Below, in pieces: positions 1 through 9,012 of a stretch of 56,877 nt of DNA; within the stretch, counting starts at the first letter, position 1; each line of letters begins with the position of its first letter. Origin of the DNA: a virus. The stretch spans positions 1 to 56,877 of IMG/VR virus record IMGVR_UViG_3300048928_000366; one strand, 5' to 3'. The notes beneath the pieces were generated by a model. That model saw only the letters and a list, made by a program, of their open reading frames with translations, did no database searches and was not told the DNA's origin. A program made the translations under genes and the position numbers.

Positions 1-30
1 TTTTTTTTATGGTAATTTCCTTTAACGAAA

Positions 31-91
31 CAAAGTTATATATAAAATCTATATCGTTTGCAAATACTATAGATAAAACTATATAACTTTG
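31..91. promoter_or_regulatory. Dyad-symmetric divergent promoter/operator region between the glycosyltransferase operon (-) and the tail operon (+)
   Basis: Nested inverted repeats: CAAAGTTATATA (31-42) with TATATAACTTTG (80-91), ATCTATA (47-53) with TATAGAT (68-74), and a central TTTGCAAA (57-64). TAACTTTG fits the Bacteroidota -7 box TAnnTTTG on both strands. Confidence 0.55.
38..60 (+). promoter_or_regulatory. Late-promoter-like motif ATATATAAAATCTATA-N3-TTTG (copy 1)
   Basis: The 16-mer is identical to 47798-47813 and related to 13435-13449. It lies about 36 nt upstream of ATG 96. Confidence 0.5.
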
Positions 92-95
92 TTGT

Positions 96-713
96 ATGGC
101 ATTACTGAATGACTGTTCTTCTAATTATTATGCGACGCTTCCGGCGTGTACTCCAAGCTTTACCCTATCCGGGTTAGAGCCGGGTACGATTTATCACTAT
201 TTTATAGAAGATAAGTTCGAGCACATATATCATGAAGAAGTAACAACGGATAGTCAGGGAGTAATGACAGTGCTGGCGTCGGACTTCCCAGATGGGTTCT
301 TTAATCCATACATAGGTCAGCTGAAGATGGATATAATGGAGGGAATGGGCTATTGTGCGCCTGTGGAGTTGACTATTTGCGGTGCCACATTCGACCGTAT
401 TATCATTTCGTTCAAGGATGGTGAGTTCTCAAATGAGATAAACTGTATTGGTACATGCGATGGCGGCACCACGCCCACAACCGGATCATACTATCTGGAA
501 TTTGTAGTAGGTATGTCTCGAATGGAAGGGGGCGACACTGTGTTTCAGGATGATTTGCTGAAGGAGAAGATAGGTGTTAACGTATTTCGCGAAGGGATTC
601 TCCAGGGTAGTAATGGCCCTAATACGGCTGTTTATAGCTCCATAAATGGGACAATAACTTTCATGCCGGCCGTAGAAGATGGTGAACGAATTATAATATC
701 AGAAATATGTTAG
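96..713 (+). CDS. Virion-associated protein with a C-terminal ~70-aa module shared with ORFs 7636-9012 and 18387-18611
   Basis: First ORF of the rightward operon. The C-terminus YYLEFVVG...REGILQ...GTITFMPAVEDGERIIISE aligns by eye with two other virion-region proteins. Confidence 0.55.
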   Translation: MALLNDCSSNYYATLPACTPSFTLSGLEPGTIYHYFIEDKFEHIYHEEVTTDSQGVMTVLASDFPDGFFNPYIGQLKMDIMEGMGYCAPVELTICGATFDRIIISFKDGEFSNEINCIGTCDGGTTPTTGSYYLEFVVGMSRMEGGDTVFQDDLLKEKIGVNVFREGILQGSNGPNTAVYSSINGTITFMPAVEDGERIIISEIC

Positions 714-1000
714 AGACGGTTGTATTCGGGGCTTTATGCGTGCTCGGACTTTACGCGGCAATGGGCGAAGGGATGGTACTTAAGTGGTTGCGTGATCTTT
801 TAGAGCGTGTAACCAATAACCGCATACTGAAGTACATACGTCCTGCCCTTTACGAGTGTCCAATATGCATGGCATCTATCTGGGGTACAGCTGTGTGGCT
901 AATAACTGGGAATACATTCAGTTTACTGTGGGTACTGTATGTGTTCGGTATTGCCGGGTTCAATTATGTGACTATAAACTTGATAAGCGACGATGAATGA
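707..1000 (+). CDS. Small membrane protein
   Basis: Overlaps the upstream stop. Contains hydrophobic segments. Confidence 0.5.
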   Translation: MLETVVFGALCVLGLYAAMGEGMVLKWLRDLLERVTNNRILKYIRPALYECPICMASIWGTAVWLITGNTFSLLWVLYVFGIAGFNYVTINLISDDE

Positions 1001-1212
1001 GAGAATTTCTTTTAAATAATGGCTGGATCATAAGCTATGAGTGCCATTGCGGCGGAGTACATCGGATTGAATTCGTAAAGGGAGAAATCCCTGGAGCAAT
1101 TGTAAAGGTGTATCCAAAAAGGGGTACATGGAGAGCATCGCGTAAGGGCAGAAAGATAGGAAGTGGCGTAACTGATAACCTTGAAATATTCATAAATGGC
1201 CTGGTGGCATAA
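997..1212 (+). CDS. Hypothetical protein
   Basis: ATGA-type overlap with the upstream ORF. Cys/His-containing, 71 aa. Confidence 0.45.
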   Translation: MREFLLNNGWIISYECHCGGVHRIEFVKGEIPGAIVKVYPKRGTWRASRKGRKIGSGVTDNLEIFINGLVA

Positions 1213-1768
1213 AATATTCGGCGGCGGGACTAAGTTCCCAAGGATTGATTACGTGATTAAGGAAGCCTTCTCAGTGAAAGGAACGACCTACTATGAGATG
1301 GAGGACCTATTCAACATGCCATACCAGCGCGCGGCAGCATGCCTGCGTTACTATGCTGAATTTAATATGCGGGTGGATCGGGAGTTCCTAGAAGCTCATG
1401 TACAGGCAGTCGACGAACTGTTGTCGTTCATCCCGGGTAAAGCAATCGACCTTGTGAAGATCAAGCAGCTAAACAATCAGCTGCGCGACCGAATGAACTG
1501 GATTGTCGACGAAGACCTTGCATATAAGCTTGCTTCCGTAGTGTACTTCGACAAGAAGGAAAGTCCAGAAGTGTACGATTCAAAGTATAACCAGGATAAA
1601 ATAGCGCTCTGGAAAAAGGAGATGTCCGCCAAGGAGTTTTTTTTTATGCAGCCGTTGCAAAAGTTAATACCGTTTTTGAAGGAATACGAAGAGAATTTCG
1701 AAACCTATTTGACAGTGACGCGCCAACTAAAGGAAAAGTACCAGGGCGACATTTCATCAGTGCTATAA
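1196..1768 (+). CDS. Tail assembly chaperone (G-like, zero-frame product)
   Basis: Lies immediately upstream of the tape measure gene. Contains a T9 slippery run, and a start-less -1 frame extends past its stop. Confidence 0.6.
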   Translation: MAWWHKIFGGGTKFPRIDYVIKEAFSVKGTTYYEMEDLFNMPYQRAAACLRYYAEFNMRVDREFLEAHVQAVDELLSFIPGKAIDLVKIKQLNNQLRDRMNWIVDEDLAYKLASVVYFDKKESPEVYDSKYNQDKIALWKKEMSAKEFFFMQPLQKLIPFLKEYEENFETYLTVTRQLKEKYQGDISSVL

Positions 1769-1941
1769 AAGAATTAGACGATAACCTGTTCCAACAGGAA
1801 CTCCTACTTTGCGGGGGAGAAGCCGCGAAAATACCTGAGCTTAAAAAGCTGACACTATACGAGTTCTACAAAGCGCTCGACCTCATCTACAAGAAGTCAA
1901 AACAGAATGCCGGCACAGGTAATAATAAAGCTCATTCCTGA
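1196..1941 (+). CDS. Tail assembly chaperone, predicted -1 frameshift fusion (GT-like)
   Basis: The -1 frame is open from 1600 to the stop at 1939-1941 (113 codons) and contains no ATG. The shift would occur at TTTTTTTTT (1637-1645). Confidence 0.45.
1637..1645 (+). other. Putative -1 programmed ribosomal frameshift slippery site (T9)
   Basis: Zero-frame codons are GAG TTT TTT TTT ATG, which allows a T TTT TTT type slip. Confidence 0.45.
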
Positions 1942-4726
1942 CACTTCAGAAATGCCCAGGGCCGAAGAGGCTGTTGCTAGTTTAGCTGGGGTCGATAAAG
2001 AGACGGCAGACCAGATAAAAGCAACAAATAAGGCATTTCAGGATAGAGCAAAGGCAACGCAAACTGCCACTTCTTCAACTGATAAACTTTCCGATGCGGC
2101 TAAAAAGCTAGCAGAGTCTATTGCCGGTGGCGCGATTAATCAAGCTGCTAAGAATATCGACGAGATTGGAAATAAATCAAAAGAGGCGTCTGCAGAGGCT
2201 GTGCTTTTCGCAAAAACTATTGAGGCGGCGAAACAAAAATTAACACAATTATCAACTGGTTCCTCTGAGTTCGATAAACTATCCACAGAGATAGCAGCCT
2301 CAGAACTGGCAATGGCCAATATGGCGGATGAAGCAACAAGTGCGCGCGGTAAGTTGCGGCAATACCGTGAAACCTTATTGCAACTGGAAGATGCTGGACT
2401 GGATGGAACACAGGTATTTGAAGATCTGGCAGTGGCTGCCGGTGAGCTGTCTGACCAAGTGGGTGATACACAGAACAGAATTAAGGTACTTGCTTCGGAT
2501 ACATTCAAATTCGATGTTGCTATACAGGCGGTTGAGGGCGTTACAGGCGCATTCTCCGTGGCACAAGGTGCCGCCGCATTATTGGGTAGTGAAAATGAGG
2601 ATTTACAGAAGGCGTTGCTGAAGGTAAATGCCGCTATGTCCATTCTGCAGGGCCTCCAATCAATTCAAAATATTCTTCAAAAGGAATCTGCGCTCAGTAT
2701 TGGGGCAACTATAGCCTTACAGAAGATCGCCGTTGTGCAAACTAATCTTCAAGCAGCAGCAGAGAGCCGCAATATTATCGTGAGATATGCGGCTATAGCA
2801 GCACAAAGAGCATTAAACTTCGTAATGGCCGCAAACCCGGCCGGCGTTGTATTATTTGCTATTGCGGCACTAGCGACAGGGCTTTATGCACTGACCAGAA
2901 ACACTGATGACGCCGCGGCAGCTCAGGCAAGGCTGAATGAGCAATTGAAATTTGGCGCAGAATTGAATGACGAATTCGTTAAGTCTATTCAAGACGCTGG
3001 GGCGCTTAGACAGGCGCAGCTTAAAGCCCAAAATGCCACCGAGGCGCAATTGGGTACAGCAAGGCTAGCCAATCTTCAATCGCAATTAGTGCAGCAAAAG
3101 ATAATATACGATAGAGCAAATGCCAATTATGCAAAAGTGAATGAGAAGTTTATTGCACTTGGCAAGGATGCAAGTAAAGAAGATGCTGAGAATAGACAAA
3201 ATGCTTATGATTTAGCAAATAAGGCGGCTGAAGATTATTTCAACATACAAAAGCAGCTGGAGATTGAGGGAATAAATCAGCAACAAACAATAAGAGATCA
3301 GGCGTTTAGTGACGCCACGGCGTTGGCACAGGCAAGAATATCGCAGGCAAAGAAAGACAGTAAAGCTGAAATACAGGCTAGGATTGATGCAATACGGGTT
3401 GGACAAGCCGAGCAACTTGCGACACAGGCGCTAACAGATGCTCAAAAAACCAAGCTCATTGCTGACAACCAGAGAGCAATATCTGACCTGACATTGCAGA
3501 TTCAGGAAAAGGGATTTGATGATCAAATAGCATTAGCAAAATCCAAAGCCCTGGAGGAACAGGACTTTCTAAAACGGCTATCATTAGATATAGCTGTGGT
3601 TGAACTACAGGCACAGAGAGATCGGCTTGGAAAGAACGCGGCAGAAGCGCAACTGATTGAAACACAAAAGAACGAAGCTATACGTGCTTTGCGGCAGAAC
3701 TTATTTAAGGAACTTGAAAAAATAGAGGTAACAGAATTCGGGCGCAGCTTGTCGAGGCAGCATGCTTTTGATAAAGCTGTAATACGTGAACAAGTATTAA
3801 CTAGCGCTCAACTTGCACAGGCGAGGTTACAGGCAAGACAACAGGAAAACCAAGCAGCGCTTGACAATAAAGAAAAGCGTCTTCAGGAGGAGAAGGAACT
3901 GAGATACCGCCTCAAAGAGACCGCATTGAATACTGCGTCTTCAATTGCAGGGTCCTTAAATGAAATAGCTCGCAATCAGTCTGATAAAGAACTTTCAATC
4001 GTTCAAGATCGGGAAAATGAAAAACTAAAGGCTCTTCAACAGGCGCTTGATCAAGGGGCTATTTCCCAAGAAGAATATAATCAGAAATCGCAGGCAATTC
4101 AGGCTGAGTATGACCGTAAGTCTCGAGCAATTAAGATAAGAGCTGCACAGCAGGAAAAGCAGCTTGCTCTCTTCCAGGCAGGCATTGCACAATCCCTTGC
4201 TATTTTGGCGGTATTAAAAGATCAGGCAATTCCCCTGGCCGCCAAGCCAATTTTTATTGGCCTAGCAATCGCGCAAGCCTTGGCGCAACTAGCCGCAATA
4301 GCATCAAAGCCTATTCCTGCTTTCAAAACTGGAACTAAGAATGCGCCTGGGGGTATGTCCCTAATCGGGGAAGCAGGTCCAGAGCTTTATTATGCTGACG
4401 GTAAATGGGGATATGCCGCCAGTCCTACCGTTCTCGATCTGCCAAAAGGGTCAAAGGTGATCCCTACCCTGGAGACAGAGAAGATTTTGAATAAATACGA
4501 CATCCCATTGCCGAAGATTCCATCTTACATGGAGAGTCACTATAACAATAAGATTGACTATAGGATGTTGGCAAAACATGTTGGCAGAGAAGTTGGATCG
4601 CAACTGGAAAAATTGCCATTGAGCATCCATGGTTATGATAAAGATGGGCCATGGCAACATATCACGACGGTACAGAATCGTCATCAATTCCTAAGTAAAC
4701 GCTTTGGGAGGAGGCGAAATAGATGA
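1907..4726 (+). CDS. Tail tape measure protein
   Basis: 939 aa, Ala/Gln/Lys-rich coiled-coil composition, hydrophobic segments, C-terminal GEAGPE motif. Follows the chaperone. Confidence 0.85.
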   Translation: MPAQVIIKLIPDTSEMPRAEEAVASLAGVDKETADQIKATNKAFQDRAKATQTATSSTDKLSDAAKKLAESIAGGAINQAAKNIDEIGNKSKEASAEAVLFAKTIEAAKQKLTQLSTGSSEFDKLSTEIAASELAMANMADEATSARGKLRQYRETLLQLEDAGLDGTQVFEDLAVAAGELSDQVGDTQNRIKVLASDTFKFDVAIQAVEGVTGAFSVAQGAAALLGSENEDLQKALLKVNAAMSILQGLQSIQNILQKESALSIGATIALQKIAVVQTNLQAAAESRNIIVRYAAIAAQRALNFVMAANPAGVVLFAIAALATGLYALTRNTDDAAAAQARLNEQLKFGAELNDEFVKSIQDAGALRQAQLKAQNATEAQLGTARLANLQSQLVQQKIIYDRANANYAKVNEKFIALGKDASKEDAENRQNAYDLANKAAEDYFNIQKQLEIEGINQQQTIRDQAFSDATALAQARISQAKKDSKAEIQARIDAIRVGQAEQLATQALTDAQKTKLIADNQRAISDLTLQIQEKGFDDQIALAKSKALEEQDFLKRLSLDIAVVELQAQRDRLGKNAAEAQLIETQKNEAIRALRQNLFKELEKIEVTEFGRSLSRQHAFDKAVIREQVLTSAQLAQARLQARQQENQAALDNKEKRLQEEKELRYRLKETALNTASSIAGSLNEIARNQSDKELSIVQDRENEKLKALQQALDQGAISQEEYNQKSQAIQAEYDRKSRAIKIRAAQQEKQLALFQAGIAQSLAILAVLKDQAIPLAAKPIFIGLAIAQALAQLAAIASKPIPAFKTGTKNAPGGMSLIGEAGPELYYADGKWGYAASPTVLDLPKGSKVIPTLETEKILNKYDIPLPKIPSYMESHYNNKIDYRMLAKHVGREVGSQLEKLPLSIHGYDKDGPWQHITTVQNRHQFLSKRFGRRRNR

Positions 4727-7635
4727 GTCAGTGGAAATTCATATTAATAGATCGTAATGGAGTGCGAACAGAGATTCCTGAGCCGGTGAATTGGGATGAT
4801 CCTGAAATTGTTGTACATAGGGAAACTGAGCATGGATGGCATGGGGTGTTCTTTGACTACGGGTTTGATAAACTGACATTCAATGACCTGGGAGCGACAT
4901 TAATAATGGCCGAATATAATCAATATGGGGTGAACGGTAATATGCATCTGGATATATTATTCCAATGTTCTGAAGATAACCTATTCGATGACTTCTATAA
5001 AGGCGGTAGATTGGCCTTTGATCAATATTCTGATACATGTGGGGATGAATGTAGTGTTTCTGTGGGAATAGAGGATAGTGAAGATATAATGCTGCTCAGG
5101 AACAACTATGACCAGGCAGTTGACCTCAATAAAAATATCGCGTTCGACCAGGTTACTGAACTGACCGATTATGATTTCCTTAATTACGACCAGGAAATAC
5201 CGAGCAGGGGATTGCCGCAATCGACGGGAGGTAAATCACCTGGAGGAGAACATTCTATCTATCCAATTTCAATACAGCTTACCACACCTATAACAGGAAC
5301 GGCAATCAGGGTGCGTCCTGAATTGACGCTTGACCCGGTTTCTGAAATCCCTGTTAGTGATCCGCAAGGTGAGAATAGCTATGCTGTATTTCCACAGACC
5401 GATCCTAATTTATATCCAACTGGATTATCTGCAATCGTAACACCTGCAGAGCGTACTGCATGCAGTAATGGTGTATTTAATTATAAGATACGGCTGAAGG
5501 GACACCTTAGAGAGGTTGCCGATGTGTCCAGGGATATACGCATCCTAATTGATGTGATTAATACACCGTGGTCGGACATTGGTGATCCGACACTTCATGA
5601 AGTAGAGCTCCTTCCTAATACTCATTATGAGGCAGGTGATGGACCGGACATACCGTTTGATGTTTCATTTGAAGGAAGCACATTTATAGAAATTGACAAT
5701 CCATTTATTGCATTTATAAACTTCGTTACATTCTACGGGGTAACAGGCTCTTCTCAGGATCTATATGTAGACTGGGATGAAGAAACAGAGGTAAAGGTAC
5801 AAACCGTCTCAAATTGCTCAGCAACAGATTCCAAAGCATATATGATTAATGAGGCGATAAGCAGAGTTTCAGAGGCCATCACAAACGACAAAATCAGATT
5901 TTATTCTGAATCATTTGGAAGGACAGATAGTCAACCGTATGCAATAAATTATAATCCATGTCAGGGGCTTTTTACTATAACAAACGGTTTAAATATCAGA
6001 AGGAAGTTGCTTATCGATGGTAAACGCCCCGGCTACTTTCTCTCTATGAAAGATATATTCGATGGTTTGAATCCAATTTGGAATATTGGTCTTACGATTG
6101 AGCCAGACCTTAATAGAACTGGATTTAAAAGATTGAGATTTGAACCATGGCGTTTTTTTTATCAGGAAGATGTAGCGGCATGGTTTAACTATGCAACTAA
6201 GGTTACGAGAGAAGTTGATCCATCGAGGCTGTTCAAACAGCTGCAGGTAGGATATAATAAGTGGCAGGCGGAAGGGACAACTGGGTTATATGAATTAATG
6301 ACAAAGCGTCAATATAGAGTCAGTATAAACGCTGATAGTAGTGTTCTTGAACAGTTTACAGAATTCATTTGTTCCCCTTATACTATCGAAATAACAAGAC
6401 GTAAAAGTGAGGATACGGCAGATTGGCAATATGACAATGATACGTTTGGATTCTGCTTGAAAAAAGATGGCTCCAATTATTCCGTAGAGACGTTTTTGGA
6501 CAATGCCACTGATATCACGAATGTGATAGATCCGAACACATGCTATAATGCGCGCATAACGCCCGCACGCAATGCGATGCGCTGGTTCGACTGGGTCATG
6601 CAGGGGCTTCGGAATATTTATGCGGATAGTAAGCTGATATTTTCCAAGGGTGAAGGTAATTATATAGCTTCCTTTCAGACTACATCGTGCAATATAGAGG
6701 GGAAAGTACTGGCTGAAAACGAAGACATAGACCTGACGGACTTTGAAGATCTGCAGGATGCCCGACCGATTACATATGCTGAGTTGGTAACGTTTGAGCA
6801 CCCCATGAACTACAATACATTCAAGCGGATAAAGGATGACCCTACAATCAGGTATAAGTCGTTTGGATATATCTGTAACGGGGTGGAATATGAGGGCTGG
6901 CTTGATGAACTAAGATACCGGCCCATGAAAGGGCAGGCAACAATCACGCTGATTCCAAAGAACAAAACGAAGATTATAGCTCCGCCAGAACCGGAATGCC
7001 TCGCTGAAGTAGCCAATCTTGTGTTCACGCCGAATGGAGACGGTTACATGCTAATCACTTGGGATGCTACAGTTTCCGGCGCAACCTTTTGGCAGTTCAT
7101 AGTTACAAAAGATGGCCAACCCTTCCAGACGCTGAATGTGACCGATACCTCGTTTCAATATGCTAATCTATTGACAGGTAATTATTCTGTTACAGTAATA
7201 CCTTTTTGTGACACTGATTTTCCTGGTGCTAATTATGTGGAGGGCAGCTTTGATATAGCAGCTCCGACATTCGCATTGACGTTGAGTGCTATTTTAACAA
7301 CAGGACGGCAACCACATAATAAGTTGCAGCTTACCGGTACAGGAAGCTTCGCCGCAATGAGCGGGTTTTCCTTTGGCTTTGGACAATGTGTTGATAATAC
7401 GTCAATCCCTGGCCCGGCGACATGTTCGTCATACCCGGGCTCTACTTTCCCGACGCCGCAAGGGTTATTCAGTTTCAATCCCGGAGATACAACTAAGATG
7501 GTGGAAAGTGGTGCAGATACACCTGGTGCGGATTTCGGATTTATAACAAAGGTGGTGTTATTCAATTTAGTGGGTATTACACCAGCCCAGATAACAAAGG
7601 CAGTAGGCCAAACATGGGATTTAGAGTTTATATAA
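4723..7635 (+). CDS. Tail tip / distal tail structural protein with an FN3-like domain
   Basis: 970 aa directly after the tape measure gene (ATGA overlap). The segment LVFTPNGDGYMLITWDA...NYSVTVIPF looks fibronectin type III-like. Confidence 0.55.
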   Translation: MSQWKFILIDRNGVRTEIPEPVNWDDPEIVVHRETEHGWHGVFFDYGFDKLTFNDLGATLIMAEYNQYGVNGNMHLDILFQCSEDNLFDDFYKGGRLAFDQYSDTCGDECSVSVGIEDSEDIMLLRNNYDQAVDLNKNIAFDQVTELTDYDFLNYDQEIPSRGLPQSTGGKSPGGEHSIYPISIQLTTPITGTAIRVRPELTLDPVSEIPVSDPQGENSYAVFPQTDPNLYPTGLSAIVTPAERTACSNGVFNYKIRLKGHLREVADVSRDIRILIDVINTPWSDIGDPTLHEVELLPNTHYEAGDGPDIPFDVSFEGSTFIEIDNPFIAFINFVTFYGVTGSSQDLYVDWDEETEVKVQTVSNCSATDSKAYMINEAISRVSEAITNDKIRFYSESFGRTDSQPYAINYNPCQGLFTITNGLNIRRKLLIDGKRPGYFLSMKDIFDGLNPIWNIGLTIEPDLNRTGFKRLRFEPWRFFYQEDVAAWFNYATKVTREVDPSRLFKQLQVGYNKWQAEGTTGLYELMTKRQYRVSINADSSVLEQFTEFICSPYTIEITRRKSEDTADWQYDNDTFGFCLKKDGSNYSVETFLDNATDITNVIDPNTCYNARITPARNAMRWFDWVMQGLRNIYADSKLIFSKGEGNYIASFQTTSCNIEGKVLAENEDIDLTDFEDLQDARPITYAELVTFEHPMNYNTFKRIKDDPTIRYKSFGYICNGVEYEGWLDELRYRPMKGQATITLIPKNKTKIIAPPEPECLAEVANLVFTPNGDGYMLITWDATVSGATFWQFIVTKDGQPFQTLNVTDTSFQYANLLTGNYSVTVIPFCDTDFPGANYVEGSFDIAAPTFALTLSAILTTGRQPHNKLQLTGTGSFAAMSGFSFGFGQCVDNTSIPGPATCSSYPGSTFPTPQGLFSFNPGDTTKMVESGADTPGADFGFITKVVLFNLVGITPAQITKAVGQTWDLEFI

Positions 7636-9012
7636 ATGGCTATCAGATCACCATATAACAGTTTCGTTGATTTCAATACTGAGATTACAGATTGCCAGGG
7701 GAATACTCGTCAGGCGAAGCTGCCGGTAATTGATCATTATGGTATAAAGTTTCAGATAAAGGTGGAGGATGAGTTAAAATTATTGTCTGAGGTTCTTTAT
7801 GCCGGCGTCCTTAGCGACAATTGTACACTCGAATATGATCCCAATTACGAGGTTATACAGACATGTAACCGATATAAATTTATGGGCACCGGTTCTGTCC
7901 CCATTACAGAGGATATGTTCCCGATCTTAGTCGGGAACTATGCACCAAACTACGGCCAACCACAGATTCCTGCGGGAACATACAATTTATCGGCGTTTTT
8001 ACAGGCAGTGTCTGACGCATATGAAGTTCAAATAGATTCGCTTGATTTCTACGACTGCTGTGAGTTGCCAACGATGAATGGAATCGTAGTTTTCTACAAT
8101 GGTACAGGTTTGGCCCAGGAAATTTCTCTAGAGCAGTTTTGGGGCTACGGATATGTCGATTTCCCTGAAACAGAGATTACTGAATTTGTGGCAGGGGAGT
8201 GCTTTCGCTATGGTATATTGGATGAATCCAAGGCTGTGGTAGGATGTAGCAACTTATTCTATGTATCTACAGATACATGCTATACTTCAGTACTGACATA
8301 TCATAATGAAGAAAATGGTTATGGATTCAGATATGTGATATATGACGATGACGGTGTAGAGAAGATTACTAAAAATCAGATCAGGCTACCGTTCTATTTG
8401 CGGCGCCCTCAATTTACGGTCACAGAGAACATATTCCGCCGGTCGGATGGCGTGAAGCAGCGTACGTCTACACTCATTGAAAAAGATTGGTTGGGAACTG
8501 TTGGATATCTCAGTGCTGATCAGCACGAAAAGTTACTGATAGCGCTAAAACATGATGTAACAGTTGTGCAGAATGACTTCTCTGGGATCAATGCACGCAT
8601 GACGCAGGAAGGGGAATATACCCCCGGATATCCTGATGAATTGAATGTGGCGCTCGTCCCAGCGGAGTTTCGAATTTCAGACTACTCACACAATTATGTA
8701 AACAATAACTGCGGCTTTAACTGCGGTATAGAGTTCGTGGAGGATTGTGATGGCAGTGGGGGAGGGGGCACAACACCATGCCCTGACAAATATTCAATAG
8801 AGTTCACTGTCGGCGGTGCGGAAATGGCAGATGGAGATACTGTATATCAAAACAATAATCTGAAGAATAAGATAGGTGTGGAAGTTTACAGAGAAGGCCT
8901 GCTTCAACATAGTAGCGGGGTCAATAAAGTAGAATACACGGCTGCAACAGGACAAATCACATTTACGCCGGCTGTCTATTCCGGTGAACGCATAGCAATA
9001 ATTGAAGTATGA
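7636..9012 (+). CDS. Tail fibre/baseplate protein carrying the shared C-terminal module
   Basis: 458 aa. The C-terminus YSIEFTVGG...YREGLLQ...GQITFTPAVYSGERIAIIEV follows a CDGSGGGGTTP linker. Confidence 0.5.
   Translation: MAIRSPYNSFVDFNTEITDCQGNTRQAKLPVIDHYGIKFQIKVEDELKLLSEVLYAGVLSDNCTLEYDPNYEVIQTCNRYKFMGTGSVPITEDMFPILVGNYAPNYGQPQIPAGTYNLSAFLQAVSDAYEVQIDSLDFYDCCELPTMNGIVVFYNGTGLAQEISLEQFWGYGYVDFPETEITEFVAGECFRYGILDESKAVVGCSNLFYVSTDTCYTSVLTYHNEENGYGFRYVIYDDDGVEKITKNQIRLPFYLRRPQFTVTENIFRRSDGVKQRTSTLIEKDWLGTVGYLSADQHEKLLIALKHDVTVVQNDFSGINARMTQEGEYTPGYPDELNVALVPAEFRISDYSHNYVNNNCGFNCGIEFVEDCDGSGGGGTTPCPDKYSIEFTVGGAEMADGDTVYQNNNLKNKIGVEVYREGLLQHSSGVNKVEYTAATGQITFTPAVYSGERIAIIEV

Larger units (their letters stand above)
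1..127. repeat. Terminal direct repeat (copy 1), identical to 56751-56877
   Basis: Read directly: both copies are the same 127 nt. This fits a circular-contig k-mer overlap or a short terminal redundancy. Confidence 0.95.

Noticed and set aside
2140-2643. 167-aa minus-strand ORF (and other small ORFs at 2217-2621, 3212-3665, 4451-4687) inside the tape measure gene
   Set aside because: They are antisense or off-frame shadows of a long, compositionally biased (Ala/Gln-rich) gene. They have low-complexity Ser/Ala/Cys-rich translations and no operon context.
6295-6801. 168-aa minus-strand ORF inside the 970-aa tail gene
   Set aside because: It is an antisense shadow ORF within a long, well-supported structural gene.
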